A stretch of 64,000 bases of DNA from an uncultured Pelagibacteraceae bacterium (GTDB lineage: Bacteria > Pseudomonadota > Alphaproteobacteria > Pelagibacterales > Pelagibacteraceae), in NCBI GenBank assembly GCA_902600205.1, contig CACKIN010000003.1, positions 15,887 through 79,886 on the forward strand. Direction: 5' to 3'. The notes beneath the pieces are model-generated. The model ran no database searches, was not told where the DNA came from, and saw nothing but the letters and a program-made list of their open reading frames with translations. Of this stretch, positions 11,042 through 20,280 are shown piece by piece. Position 1 is the first letter of the stretch. Each line of letters opens with the position of its first letter. Position numbers and translations under genes: made by a program.

Positions 11042-12010
11042 ATGAATTATCGAATTGATAATCTTCAATATTGCAACTGGTCAAGAGATATTTTTAAAAT
11101 TAACAGAGATGCTGGACTGAACGCAGTACATGCAACAGTAGTATATCATGAAGATTATGATGAGTTTTTAATTAAATTAAAAGAATGGGATGACTTACTT
11201 AATGAAAATTCAGATCTTATATTTTTGGGAAAAACTTTTGAAGATATTATAAAGGCTAAGTCAGAAAATAAAACTGCGATTTTTTTTGGCTTTCAAAACT
11301 GTTCTCCAATTGAGGATGATATTAATTTAATTGAGAAAGTTCATCATCATGGATGCAGATTTATGCAACTTACTTACAATAACCAATCTCTTTTAGCTAC
11401 AGGATGTTATGAAAAGAACGACTCAGGTGTTACAAATTTTGGAAGAGAAGCTATAAAAGAAATGAATCGAATTGGAATAGTTATTGATATGTCGCATTCA
11501 GGTGAAAAAAGTACATTAGATGCTATAGACATTAGCGAAAAACCAATTGCGATTACTCATGCCAATCCGTCTTTTTGGCATAGTGCTTTAAGAAATAAAT
11601 CTGAAACACTTTTAAAACATTTATCAAACAGTGGAGGAATGCTTGGGCTTTCTTTGTATGCACATCATCTAAAAGATGGAACGAATTGTAAATTAGATAG
11701 CTTTTGTGAAATGGTTGCTAAAACTGTTGAAATAATGGGAGTAAAAAATATAGGCATTGGTTCTGACCTTTGTTTGAATCAACCAGATAGTATCGTTGAG
11801 TGGATGAGGAATGGAACGTGGAGTAAAACAAAAAATTATGGCGAAGGAAGTAAAAGTAAACCAGAATTTCCTATTCAACCTGAATGGTTTATTGATGCAA
11901 GAGGGTTTAATAATTTAGAAAAAGGATTGAAAAAAACAGGTTTTAATGAAAATGAAGTAAATGATATTTTAGGAAACAATTGGTTTAATTTTTATAAAGG
12001 AATTAATTAA
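11042..12010 (+). CDS. Membrane dipeptidase-family (M19) amidohydrolase, atypical metal site
   Basis: MQLTYN, DMSH, ITHANP, GIGSD motifs; N-terminal DNLQY and GFQN variant. Confidence 0.85.
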   Translation: MNYRIDNLQYCNWSRDIFKINRDAGLNAVHATVVYHEDYDEFLIKLKEWDDLLNENSDLIFLGKTFEDIIKAKSENKTAIFFGFQNCSPIEDDINLIEKVHHHGCRFMQLTYNNQSLLATGCYEKNDSGVTNFGREAIKEMNRIGIVIDMSHSGEKSTLDAIDISEKPIAITHANPSFWHSALRNKSETLLKHLSNSGGMLGLSLYAHHLKDGTNCKLDSFCEMVAKTVEIMGVKNIGIGSDLCLNQPDSIVEWMRNGTWSKTKNYGEGSKSKPEFPIQPEWFIDARGFNNLEKGLKKTGFNENEVNDILGNNWFNFYKGIN

Positions 12011-13662
12011 TGGAAATTAAGTTAAGAGACCCTAAATTCCTGATGAAGTTGTCTAAACTTGGTTCTTTTCATCAATCAAAACTCTCTTTTTTGAGATCTT
12101 TCTTAAAAGAGTTTAAAGATTGGAAATATAGTAGAGACCTATTTCAATTAAATGACAAAGGATTTGGAAGAGCAATTTATTCTTTCACTAAAGAAAAAAA
12201 AACTTATTCTTTAATTTGTTTTGCCAATGAAATACAGGATGATGAAAGATCAGATAGAGTTATTGCCACTAAATGGGATGCTGCATTTACTCTATTTGAT
12301 GGAATTCCAACAAAAGAAGATGTTGATAGACTTAGTAATAATGTGCCTAAACAAGAGGTCGGAAGGTTATCTTACAAAGAACTAACCCTATCAAGAGCCA
12401 ATAAATCTGTCAGGCTGTTTAATCATGTAGTTGAAAATTTATCGAAAGGTCAACAACCAGATAAAGAATTTATATCTAAAGTTGGTTATCTTTATAGAAC
12501 CACTGCAGTATATGGATCTGGTAAATTTGGTTTAGCTGATAGATTTAGGATTAAAAATAGGGATGAAATTTGTGGGCCATTTAGACTAGAGATGATGTTG
12601 GTTTATTTAGTTAGACAATTTACTTTTGACCAAGTTAACCATATTGCAAAAAGTATAAGTCCTAAAAACGCTGTTGAACTGGATAACAATATCAGCAGAA
12701 CTTTAGGTATAGGAAATTCTACAGGACTTGGCATGGCACCATTTATAGTAAACCATCCCACTTTACTTAATAACTGGATAACTGCTAGAGAAACAGTTTT
12801 AAAAAAAATAAGAGAAATAGAAAAAGTTTCTAAAAATGATTTAGATATTTTTTATCAGTGTTTAATTAAATCACTAAAAAATATTACCAGCTGGCATACT
12901 GACAGTGAATTTCAAAAAGAAAAAATTAAAAATTTAATATTTGATTTAAAAAAATTTATAAAATTTATGAAAGATGAGTTTAAATTTGAAAATTCTTATC
13001 AATTTAATAATATTTATATGTGGGCTGAGGAGAATTTAAATGATGAGTGTATTGAGTATATTGTTTCTATGATGATGGAGCCATATGATAAAATAGTAGA
13101 TCCTTTAGTATCTAAAATGAGTTCAAATGAAGAAAAATACTTCAATATTCCTGTTGAAAGAACTATCGAGGATTTAAGAAATATAATTGAAAAGAATTAC
13201 TCTGAAATTTTGAAAATTGATTTTAGTAAGGAAGAAAATAATAAAAATTTCTGGTTTATTTCAAAAAATAAAGAGGAGCCAAGAATAGGGGATAGGTATA
13301 TTGATGATGGATCAAATTTAGAACAACCACTTGCAATCGCAAGGGATATCAAAAAGCTTTATGACATAGTATTCACAAAAAAAAATAGTTCCAAAATTGG
13401 AAAATTTTTATTGGATAATAATCATTTAAGACATGTAGTAAGAAGAGTATTTATTTCTGAAAAATGTCCTTATGCAGAAATTCAAGATAATACAATTGGT
13501 TCTAAATTAATGCCTATTGATATGTTAAGACTTAAGTTGTCTTTTTTTGGTGCAATAAAATTTGATCCTAGATCAGACAAGTGGTTACGTATTTGCATGT
13601 TTCAGGGCGCACCTTTGCCATCAGAACTCTCAAATTTTGATAATTATTGGATGTATAGTTAA
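12010..13662 (+). CDS. Conserved hypothetical protein (550 aa)
   Basis: TAATG coupling to the upstream gene; enzyme-like Gly/Arg-rich blocks (RSDRVIA, RTTAVYGSGKFG, GIGNSTGLGMAPF, FDPRSD). Confidence 0.85.
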   Translation: MEIKLRDPKFLMKLSKLGSFHQSKLSFLRSFLKEFKDWKYSRDLFQLNDKGFGRAIYSFTKEKKTYSLICFANEIQDDERSDRVIATKWDAAFTLFDGIPTKEDVDRLSNNVPKQEVGRLSYKELTLSRANKSVRLFNHVVENLSKGQQPDKEFISKVGYLYRTTAVYGSGKFGLADRFRIKNRDEICGPFRLEMMLVYLVRQFTFDQVNHIAKSISPKNAVELDNNISRTLGIGNSTGLGMAPFIVNHPTLLNNWITARETVLKKIREIEKVSKNDLDIFYQCLIKSLKNITSWHTDSEFQKEKIKNLIFDLKKFIKFMKDEFKFENSYQFNNIYMWAEENLNDECIEYIVSMMMEPYDKIVDPLVSKMSSNEEKYFNIPVERTIEDLRNIIEKNYSEILKIDFSKEENNKNFWFISKNKEEPRIGDRYIDDGSNLEQPLAIARDIKKLYDIVFTKKNSSKIGKFLLDNNHLRHVVRRVFISEKCPYAEIQDNTIGSKLMPIDMLRLKLSFFGAIKFDPRSDKWLRICMFQGAPLPSELSNFDNYWMYS

Positions 13663-13668
13663 TTTCGT

Positions 13669-14277
13669 ATGAGAAGTTATAGCGAAATAGAAACTACAAT
13701 TAAAAGAGCAACTAAGGCTAAAGGTTTTTCATGGGGTATTTCTGAGGAAGTTGGAAAAAATATAAGATTGCTTGAGATGTTTGGTTTGCCAGGACTTAAA
13801 AATCTTAACCAATACTTTAAAATTTATAATATTAGTAACTTTGAAAATATTGGAGAAATTTCACCTTCAAATACAGCAAAAGGATATTATTGTCCGATAC
13901 TTTGTGGGTTAAATTTTTATGATCAATCACCTGTAATTTTAAAATTTAACGAAATTGAAATTAATAAAATAGCTTTTCCTCTCATATTTTTATCTTTTTT
14001 GAGTAGGGCGTCAGAGATTATTGGTAAAAGAATATTCTTAAAAATGGACAATAAAGAGTTTTTGTTTAATTTTAATGAATCTATTTATTCTAATTATTTA
14101 AGTGGAGATATTTTAGAAAAATCAGACAAAATAAATATTAAATTTTTAGATAATAAAAATAACTTCTCCGAGGATGATTGGTTAGAAATGCATAAACTTT
14201 CAATTAAAACTTATGTTGAGGAAAGCGAGGAGTCTAAATCAAGAACTGCAGGAGCTGGTTTAACAGATAATGACTGA
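13669..14277 (+). CDS. DUF3726-like protein
   Basis: N-terminal KRATKAKGFSWGISEEVG and C-terminal ESEESKSRTAGAGLTDND resemble DUF3726. Confidence 0.65.
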   Translation: MRSYSEIETTIKRATKAKGFSWGISEEVGKNIRLLEMFGLPGLKNLNQYFKIYNISNFENIGEISPSNTAKGYYCPILCGLNFYDQSPVILKFNEIEINKIAFPLIFLSFLSRASEIIGKRIFLKMDNKEFLFNFNESIYSNYLSGDILEKSDKINIKFLDNKNNFSEDDWLEMHKLSIKTYVEESEESKSRTAGAGLTDND

Positions 14278-14437
14278 TAAAAAAAAAGATGATTTTTTGG
14301 AGAAAAATTTAAAAGATTTAGATGAGATTTGTGAAGAATGTCATAAAGAAGATGAAAGCGTTACGCAAAATTTAATTATGACAGGATACAAGTTGTGTAA
14401 ATCTTGTAGAACCTCAAAGACTGTATTTCCTCTTTAA
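14270..14437 (+). CDS. Small CxxC...CxxC (zinc-ribbon-like) protein, 55 aa; not in the ORF track
   Basis: Manual translation MTDKKKDDFLEKNLKDLDEICEECHKEDESVTQNLIMTGYKLCKSCRTSKTVFPL*; overlaps the upstream stop and fills the gap. Confidence 0.7.
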   Translation: MTDKKKDDFLEKNLKDLDEICEECHKEDESVTQNLIMTGYKLCKSCRTSKTVFPL

Positions 14438-14979
14438 CTTATATTGCTGACTGGGATTGAGTTCATTCTATTTATAATGAATGTTATTGAGAGAAAAGCA
14501 ATTATAAGAAAAGATAAAAACACTACTCCAAAAGATTTTAGATTAGACCTTAAATTTAATATTTGCTTTGTAGATATAATTAAAGAAGCAAATATCCAAA
14601 ACTGTGTTAGAAAAATAATAGGCAAAACTAAGTCTGGTGTAACTGCAAAAAATCTTATTAAACCTGGTGCGTGAGCATATCCTACGGCAATTAATACTTT
14701 TTTAAATGGAACTTTGCTACCTTTGTCTGGAAAAATTTTCACACCAATTACAAAAATAAAAATTGCCCAAACAAACCATGTTAGAAGAGCAGTTAATCCA
14801 GATATGCCAATTGATGTTTTTATTATTGAATTTGCCGCTACAGCACCTGCAACTCCATCAAGTATCATTACAAGACCTGCAAAATATATTGCGGCTTCTC
14901 CAAAGTATTTATTATCTTTGTATAAGCTTCTATCTAATTTTAATGATTTAAAAAAAATCTCTAGAAATTGTGCTAGCAT
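14434..14979 (-). CDS. YIP1-like integral membrane protein
   Basis: About 5 TM segments, VGYAHAPG motif. Confidence 0.6.
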   Translation of the reverse strand: MLAQFLEIFFKSLKLDRSLYKDNKYFGEAAIYFAGLVMILDGVAGAVAANSIIKTSIGISGLTALLTWFVWAIFIFVIGVKIFPDKGSKVPFKKVLIAVGYAHAPGLIRFFAVTPDLVLPIIFLTQFWIFASLIISTKQILNLRSNLKSFGVVFLSFLIIAFLSITFIINRMNSIPVSNIS

Positions 14980-15019
14980 AAGTTTTAAGGGAGAAGTTTT
15001 GCTACTCCCTTATAATTAT

Positions 15020-16378
15020 TTAACCTTTTACAACTTCTCTTGTATTTGCGTTGTAAGATTCTTTAAATGGTATATCAACAACTACAGCATCTACAGGTTT
15101 TCCTGAAGTTTCAGAATATTTTTCAGGCAAGTGTACCTTAAATTTAGTTCCTAGTTTTCCTTTAGGAAAACCATTAGCATTTAGAGTTCCATCAAATGGC
15201 ACATAACCCATTGCAATATTTTGTTTTTTTTCAGGGTGATACCAAGGCGAAGTAATAAAACCAATTGGCTCTCCACCACCTTCATCTGAAATTAACCAAA
15301 AATCAGGAGCGTATTCCTCAATTGGCTTTCCGCCTAATTCTAGTCCAACCAATTGAAGTTTATAAGGTTTATGTCCAGCTTTTAAATCAGCTTTCATTTT
15401 TTCAAGAGCTTTCTTGCCAACATAATCAGCCTTCTTATTCCATTCACCTTTACCTGATAATGAAACTTGATAACCTAAATTACATTGGAATGGATTGTGT
15501 TGATTATCCATATCTTGCCCCCAAGAAAGAATTCCAGCTTGAATTCTTCTGTGGTGTGCAGGTGCAATAACCATTAGGCTATGTTTTTTTCCTGCTTCAA
15601 GAACTGCATTCCACATATCCTCTGCATATAAAGTACATTCTCTTAAATATATCTCATATCCGGCCTCACCAGAAAACCCTGATTGAGATATCACGCAACT
15701 TCTTCCCCCAACCTTAGCTTCAGCTAAACCATAGAAAGGCATATTATCGAAATCAACTTGATCACCACATAAATCTTTCATTAATGCTTTTGACTTTGGC
15801 CCTTGAATTTGAACCGGACTTACATCTATTTCATCTATTTCTACATTAAATCTCTCATCAGAGTTTACCCCTTGTAAATAAAGTCCTATATCACTATCAG
15901 ATAAACTGAACCAAAATTCGTCTTTTGATAATCTTAAAAGTATGGGATCATTTAATACGCCGCCATATGCATTGCAAAGAATTACATATCTTGCTCTCAT
16001 TGGAGAGATTTTTGTAGCATCTCTTGTAATTACATAGTCTACAAATTTTTCTGCATCAGGACCCTTTACTCTAATTTGTCTTTCAACAGCAACATTCCAC
16101 ATTGTTACATGATTAACAATTGCATCATACTCGACCATTGCACCACCATCTTCAGGTTTTACATAGCCTCTTGGATGATAAATACGATTGTATACAGTTG
16201 CTCTCCAACAACCAGCTTGCATTGATAAATGCCAATATGGTGATTTTCTTACACGTGTTGAAATTAACATTTCAACTTTTGTTGGTCCGCTTTGTCTTAA
16301 ATTATAAGGCACTTTTCTATCAGATTGATCTACTGATGTTACGTGTCTTAGCTTACTATAGTCAAATTCTTTAGACAT
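15020..16378 (-). CDS. GcvT-family THF-dependent demethylase/aminomethyltransferase, DmdA-like paralogue
   Basis: STRVRKSPY, WNVAVERQIRVKGPDA, LNDPILL, DVSPVQIQGPKS, SGFSGEAGYEIY, RIQAGILSWGQDM. Confidence 0.85.
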   Translation of the reverse strand: MSKEFDYSKLRHVTSVDQSDRKVPYNLRQSGPTKVEMLISTRVRKSPYWHLSMQAGCWRATVYNRIYHPRGYVKPEDGGAMVEYDAIVNHVTMWNVAVERQIRVKGPDAEKFVDYVITRDATKISPMRARYVILCNAYGGVLNDPILLRLSKDEFWFSLSDSDIGLYLQGVNSDERFNVEIDEIDVSPVQIQGPKSKALMKDLCGDQVDFDNMPFYGLAEAKVGGRSCVISQSGFSGEAGYEIYLRECTLYAEDMWNAVLEAGKKHSLMVIAPAHHRRIQAGILSWGQDMDNQHNPFQCNLGYQVSLSGKGEWNKKADYVGKKALEKMKADLKAGHKPYKLQLVGLELGGKPIEEYAPDFWLISDEGGGEPIGFITSPWYHPEKKQNIAMGYVPFDGTLNANGFPKGKLGTKFKVHLPEKYSETSGKPVDAVVVDIPFKESYNANTREVVKG

Positions 16379-17099
16379 AGTTATTCTCCTTCAACCACTT
16401 GTTTGTTTCCTTCAAGCCGCCGAATGTATAAATGTGAAAATAATCAGTATGCGATTTAACTTTCCCAATTAGATCATTAGGGTCTTTAGGTTTCAATAAA
16501 TCTAATGCCTTAGTAAAATTAGATTTAAGAAAGTTAATGGAATTTTTTGCCCCTACAATATTTGCAAACTTTATTAAGCTTGAAATTTTCATGGGCCCAG
16601 TTATTCCAACATGAACTGGTATCGTTTGTTTAGAAATGAAATCAACGATAGGCTGAGAATCTAATAACCATTGGGTTACAATATAATCAGCGTAAGGCTT
16701 TTTATCTATCATTGCTTTTTCTAATTCTGAATCGGATATATCAGGACTACCCTCTGGATGTCCAGCAATTCCAATCTTAATTCCATCAAATAATCCTGTC
16801 TCTAATATTTGATATGAGCTGTCAAATTTTCCAACTGGGTCTCTACTTCCACCTATAGCCAATATCTGTTTCACACCTAAATCTTTACATCTCGAAATGT
16901 AGTCTTTAAGTTCTTCTTCATTATTTATTGATCTAGCTGGGAAGTGGGGTACTGGATTAAATCCTTTCTTAACCAAGTCACCAGATTTATCCGCAGTTTC
17001 TTTATAATCTCCTCCAGGTAGCATAGTCACATAAACATCTTTAACTTCAGGTAAAGTATCAAGATCTGTGTGAGGTCCAATTTCTAATGAAAAATTCAT
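16371..17099 (-). CDS. metF: Methylenetetrahydrofolate reductase, short divergent type
   Basis: PVPHFPAR, AGHPEGSPDI, IVTQW, HIYTFGG; overlaps the demethylase start. Confidence 0.75.
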   Translation of the reverse strand: MNFSLEIGPHTDLDTLPEVKDVYVTMLPGGDYKETADKSGDLVKKGFNPVPHFPARSINNEEELKDYISRCKDLGVKQILAIGGSRDPVGKFDSSYQILETGLFDGIKIGIAGHPEGSPDISDSELEKAMIDKKPYADYIVTQWLLDSQPIVDFISKQTIPVHVGITGPMKISSLIKFANIVGAKNSINFLKSNFTKALDLLKPKDPNDLIGKVKSHTDYFHIYTFGGLKETNKWLKENNYV

Positions 17100-17161
17100 T
17101 TTTGAATAATTATTTATTTTAAAATGTCTGTCTAGAAAAATCGTAAGCTAAAATGTCAGAG

Positions 17162-18046
17162 CTATTTTTTCTGGCCTCTGTGCTTTTGAATTCTCTCACC
17201 ATATTTCTGAGTTACCCTATCAAAGATAATTGCTAAAGCAACTATGGCTAGCCCATTCATCATTCCAAGTGCTAAATACTGATTTGAAATTGCTTGTAAA
17301 ATAGGTACTCCAAGACCTTTTACCCCAATCATAGATGCAATAACTACCATGGCTAAAGCCATCATAATTGTTTGGTTAATACCTGCAAAAATAGTTGGTA
17401 GAGAAAGAGGTATTTGAACTGATTTTAACTTCTGCATAGGTGTTGCACCAAATGCTTCACTTGCCTCAAGTGTTTCTTTATCTACTTCTCTAATCCCAAG
17501 ATTTGTTAGCCTGACTACTGGAGGTAAAGCATAAATACAAACTGCCAATAAACCAGGGACTTTTCCGATACCCAAAAGCATAATTATTGGAATTAGATAC
17601 ACAAAACTTGGAATCGTTTGCATCATGTCCAATACGGGTAGAATAGTTTTTTCTGCTCTACTTGATTTTGACATTAATACTCCAATAGGTATTCCAACAA
17701 CAATACAGACAAGTGTAGAAACAGAAATTATAGCAACAGTTGCCATACAATTTTTCCACATCCCAAAATAACCTATAATTAGAAAACAAATTACAGTTCC
17801 TATAACCAGCTTAATACTTCTTGAACCAATCCAAGCCAACAGAGCAAATGCTCCTATGACTAAAGGCCAAGGACTATTTACTAATAACTTTTCTAACCAA
17901 ATTAAAAAATATAGTAGTGGATCAAAAAAACTTTCTATTCCATCTCCATAAGCTCTTGAAAAATCTTTAAAACTTAAATCAATACCCTTTTTCAGCTCCC
18001 TAAGAGCTGTTCTATCCATTACAGGTATCGAATTTAAGAAATCCAT
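17162..18046 (-). CDS. Glycine betaine/proline-type ABC permease (ProW family)
   Basis: PVLDMMQTIPSFVYLIP, RLTNLGIREV, EAFGAT EAA loop, GINQTIMMALAMVVIASMIG. Confidence 0.92.
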   Translation of the reverse strand: MDFLNSIPVMDRTALRELKKGIDLSFKDFSRAYGDGIESFFDPLLYFLIWLEKLLVNSPWPLVIGAFALLAWIGSRSIKLVIGTVICFLIIGYFGMWKNCMATVAIISVSTLVCIVVGIPIGVLMSKSSRAEKTILPVLDMMQTIPSFVYLIPIIMLLGIGKVPGLLAVCIYALPPVVRLTNLGIREVDKETLEASEAFGATPMQKLKSVQIPLSLPTIFAGINQTIMMALAMVVIASMIGVKGLGVPILQAISNQYLALGMMNGLAIVALAIIFDRVTQKYGERIQKHRGQKK

Positions 18047-18053
18047 TTTTTTA

Positions 18054-18080
18054 ACTGAACCCGTTATAAACGGGTTCAGT
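18054..18080 (-). promoter_or_regulatory. Perfect 12-bp stem-loop between SBP and permease (mRNA stabiliser/attenuator)
   Basis: ACTGAACCCGTT-ATA-AACGGGTTCAGT; no U-tract follows on the minus strand. Confidence 0.7.
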
Positions 18081-18094
18081 AATATTTACACTAA

Positions 18095-19105
18095 TTATAG
18101 TGCTTTTTTTATTTTTGCAGCAGCTTCACTTGAAACCCACTTAGACCAAACATCTTCTTGGTTTGTTAGGAATTCAATTGCAGCATCAGCACCCTCTGCT
18201 TGGTTTTCACCCATCCAAACTAACATACTGTTCATTACTGGACCTGGATAAGTTCTTTTTTTGAAATAATCCATACCAGCACTTCCAGCTGTATTTTTGA
18301 AATTGTCAGTTACGATTGTGTAAACTTCAGATTTTGTCCATGAAGTTGCTTTAGGGTCTCCACATTCTTGTTCTGGTAAAACTATACATTTATCCCAGTT
18401 ATCTTTTCCACCCCAAGCTCCCATGTCCACAGCTCTCATATCATATTTACCAATGATAGCTGTTGGTGACCAATAGTAACCAAACCAATTTTCACCTCTT
18501 TCAGCAGCTTTAGCAATTGATCCATCTAATCCTGCAGCAGAACCTGTTTCAACAATAGCCCAACCTTTTGCTTCCATGTCAAAAGCTTTGTAAAGATTTC
18601 TATTACTTAGTTCACAGTTCCATCCTGGAGGACAAATATGAAACCCACCTTTTGATGGATCCTCTGGATGAGGAAATAGATCCGGTCTTGCCAAAATTGC
18701 TTCAGCAGTTGTAAGTTCAGGATGTTTTTCTAAAGTAGCAGGTAACACCCACCATCCTTCACCTAAACCAGTAATAGGTGCTTTATTAAGTGAGTGCATT
18801 CTTCCTTCATCAACTGCTTTATTTAAAGCAATGATTGCAGCGTTAGCCCAAAATTCTGGGGCTACATCTGGTTCACCTTTTTCTTGCATAGATGCAAAAG
18901 TTGGCTGAGTTGCACCAGGCACAAGCTCAACATTACATCCATAACCTTCTTCTAATATGATTTTGTCAACTTCAGCCATGAAGTTTGCAGAAGCCCAGTT
19001 CATATTAGCAATACTAATGTCTCCACATTTTGCATTAGCAACATTACCGAAAGATGTAACGCCTAAAACAAATAATGCAGAAAGTAAGATTCTTTTTAAT
19101 TTCAT
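18095..19105 (-). CDS. Quaternary amine/betaine ABC substrate-binding protein (ProX family)
   Basis: Signal peptide, MNWASA, GYGCNVELVPG, PEFW, CPPGWNC, GYYWSPT aromatic-cage-type motifs. Confidence 0.88.
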   Translation of the reverse strand: MKLKRILLSALFVLGVTSFGNVANAKCGDISIANMNWASANFMAEVDKIILEEGYGCNVELVPGATQPTFASMQEKGEPDVAPEFWANAAIIALNKAVDEGRMHSLNKAPITGLGEGWWVLPATLEKHPELTTAEAILARPDLFPHPEDPSKGGFHICPPGWNCELSNRNLYKAFDMEAKGWAIVETGSAAGLDGSIAKAAERGENWFGYYWSPTAIIGKYDMRAVDMGAWGGKDNWDKCIVLPEQECGDPKATSWTKSEVYTIVTDNFKNTAGSAGMDYFKKRTYPGPVMNSMLVWMGENQAEGADAAIEFLTNQEDVWSKWVSSEAAAKIKKAL

Positions 19106-19238
19106 TATTATCTCCTAATTAATTAATTATAAATCATCAGAACATATAGATGAAAAAATTGCAAACTAGTTTCAACTTTGAGTTGTGTTAAAATTGTCTT
19201 TAAACTCTCTTTATTTAGAAATAAATTATTAAATAAAT

Positions 19239-20279
19239 ATGAATAAAAATTTATTATCAAGATTAGATGAGGGTCCCGTTATATTCGCAGAGGGATATTT
19301 ATTTGCGATGGAAAGGAGAGGATATCTTTCTGCAGGTCCATTTGTGCCAGAAGTAGTTTTAGAGCATCCAGATGTAGTTACACAATTACATAGAGAATTT
19401 ATTAGAGCTGGTTCAGATATTGTTCAAGCTTTCACCTATTATGGACATAGAGAGAAATTAAGAATTATTGGAAAAGAACATTTGCTAGAGCCGATGCAAA
19501 AAAATGCACTTAAAATTGCAAAGGATGCTGCGAAAGAATTTAAAGATTTAGACTTAATGGTTTGTGGAGATGTTGCTAATACAAATATTTTTGATCCAAA
19601 AGACAAAAACTCATTCAAAGAATGTCAAAAGATGTACGAAGAGCAAGTGCTTTGGGCCAAAGAGGCAGGAGTTGACTTTGTAGTTGCAGAAACAATTAAT
19701 TGGGTAGATGAAATGAAGATAGCTTTAAAAGCAATTAAGGATGAAGGTTTGATTGCAGTTGCCAATTATGCAATACCTCGTGGTGATTTGACAAGAGATG
19801 GCCACACTGCTGAAGATGCATGTAAAATAATTGAAGATCTTGGTGCTGATGTTGTTGGTTTGAATTGTTACAGAGGTCCAGAAATGACCATGAAACTTTT
19901 AAAAAAAATAAGAAAAAAAGTTTCCTGTCATGTTGCAGGTCTTCCTGTTCCATATAGAACAACAGAGGAAGAACCAGGATTTTTGAATCAAACAGATCAC
20001 GGATGTGACTGCATTCCTGGAGGAAATGCATTCCCTGTTGCTCTAGATAATTTATATTGTAACAGATTTGAAATGGCTGAATTTGCAAAAGAATGTCTTA
20101 AAGAAAAAATTAATTTAATCGGTATTTGTTGTGGTGCTGAAGCTCATCATGTTAGACAAATGGCTGTTGCAGTTGGTAAAAAACCAATTGCCATGAAGTA
20201 CATGCCAGATATGACTAAACATTTTCACCATGGGACAGACAAGACATTGAAAGACGTCAATAAAGAAGTAAAATACTAA
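19239..20279 (+). CDS. bhmT: Betaine--homocysteine S-methyltransferase family
   Basis: EGYLFAMERRGY..GPFVPEVVLEHP, LHREFIRAGSD, VGLNC and GICCG zinc ligands. Confidence 0.85.
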   Translation: MNKNLLSRLDEGPVIFAEGYLFAMERRGYLSAGPFVPEVVLEHPDVVTQLHREFIRAGSDIVQAFTYYGHREKLRIIGKEHLLEPMQKNALKIAKDAAKEFKDLDLMVCGDVANTNIFDPKDKNSFKECQKMYEEQVLWAKEAGVDFVVAETINWVDEMKIALKAIKDEGLIAVANYAIPRGDLTRDGHTAEDACKIIEDLGADVVGLNCYRGPEMTMKLLKKIRKKVSCHVAGLPVPYRTTEEEPGFLNQTDHGCDCIPGGNAFPVALDNLYCNRFEMAEFAKECLKEKINLIGICCGAEAHHVRQMAVAVGKKPIAMKYMPDMTKHFHHGTDKTLKDVNKEVKY

Positions 20280-20280
20280 C

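Noticed and set aside
15020-16378. Canonical gcvT or dmdA
   Set aside because: No gcvH/gcvP nearby; at 452 aa it is longer than typical DmdA and motifs diverge, so it is called only a DmdA-like paralogue
19106-19238. SAM-II/SAM-V riboswitch upstream of bhmT, as known in some SAR11
   Set aside because: The gap is short, extremely AT-rich and shared with a divergent gene; I could not find the conserved aptamer core or pairing. An Rfam cmscan would settle it.
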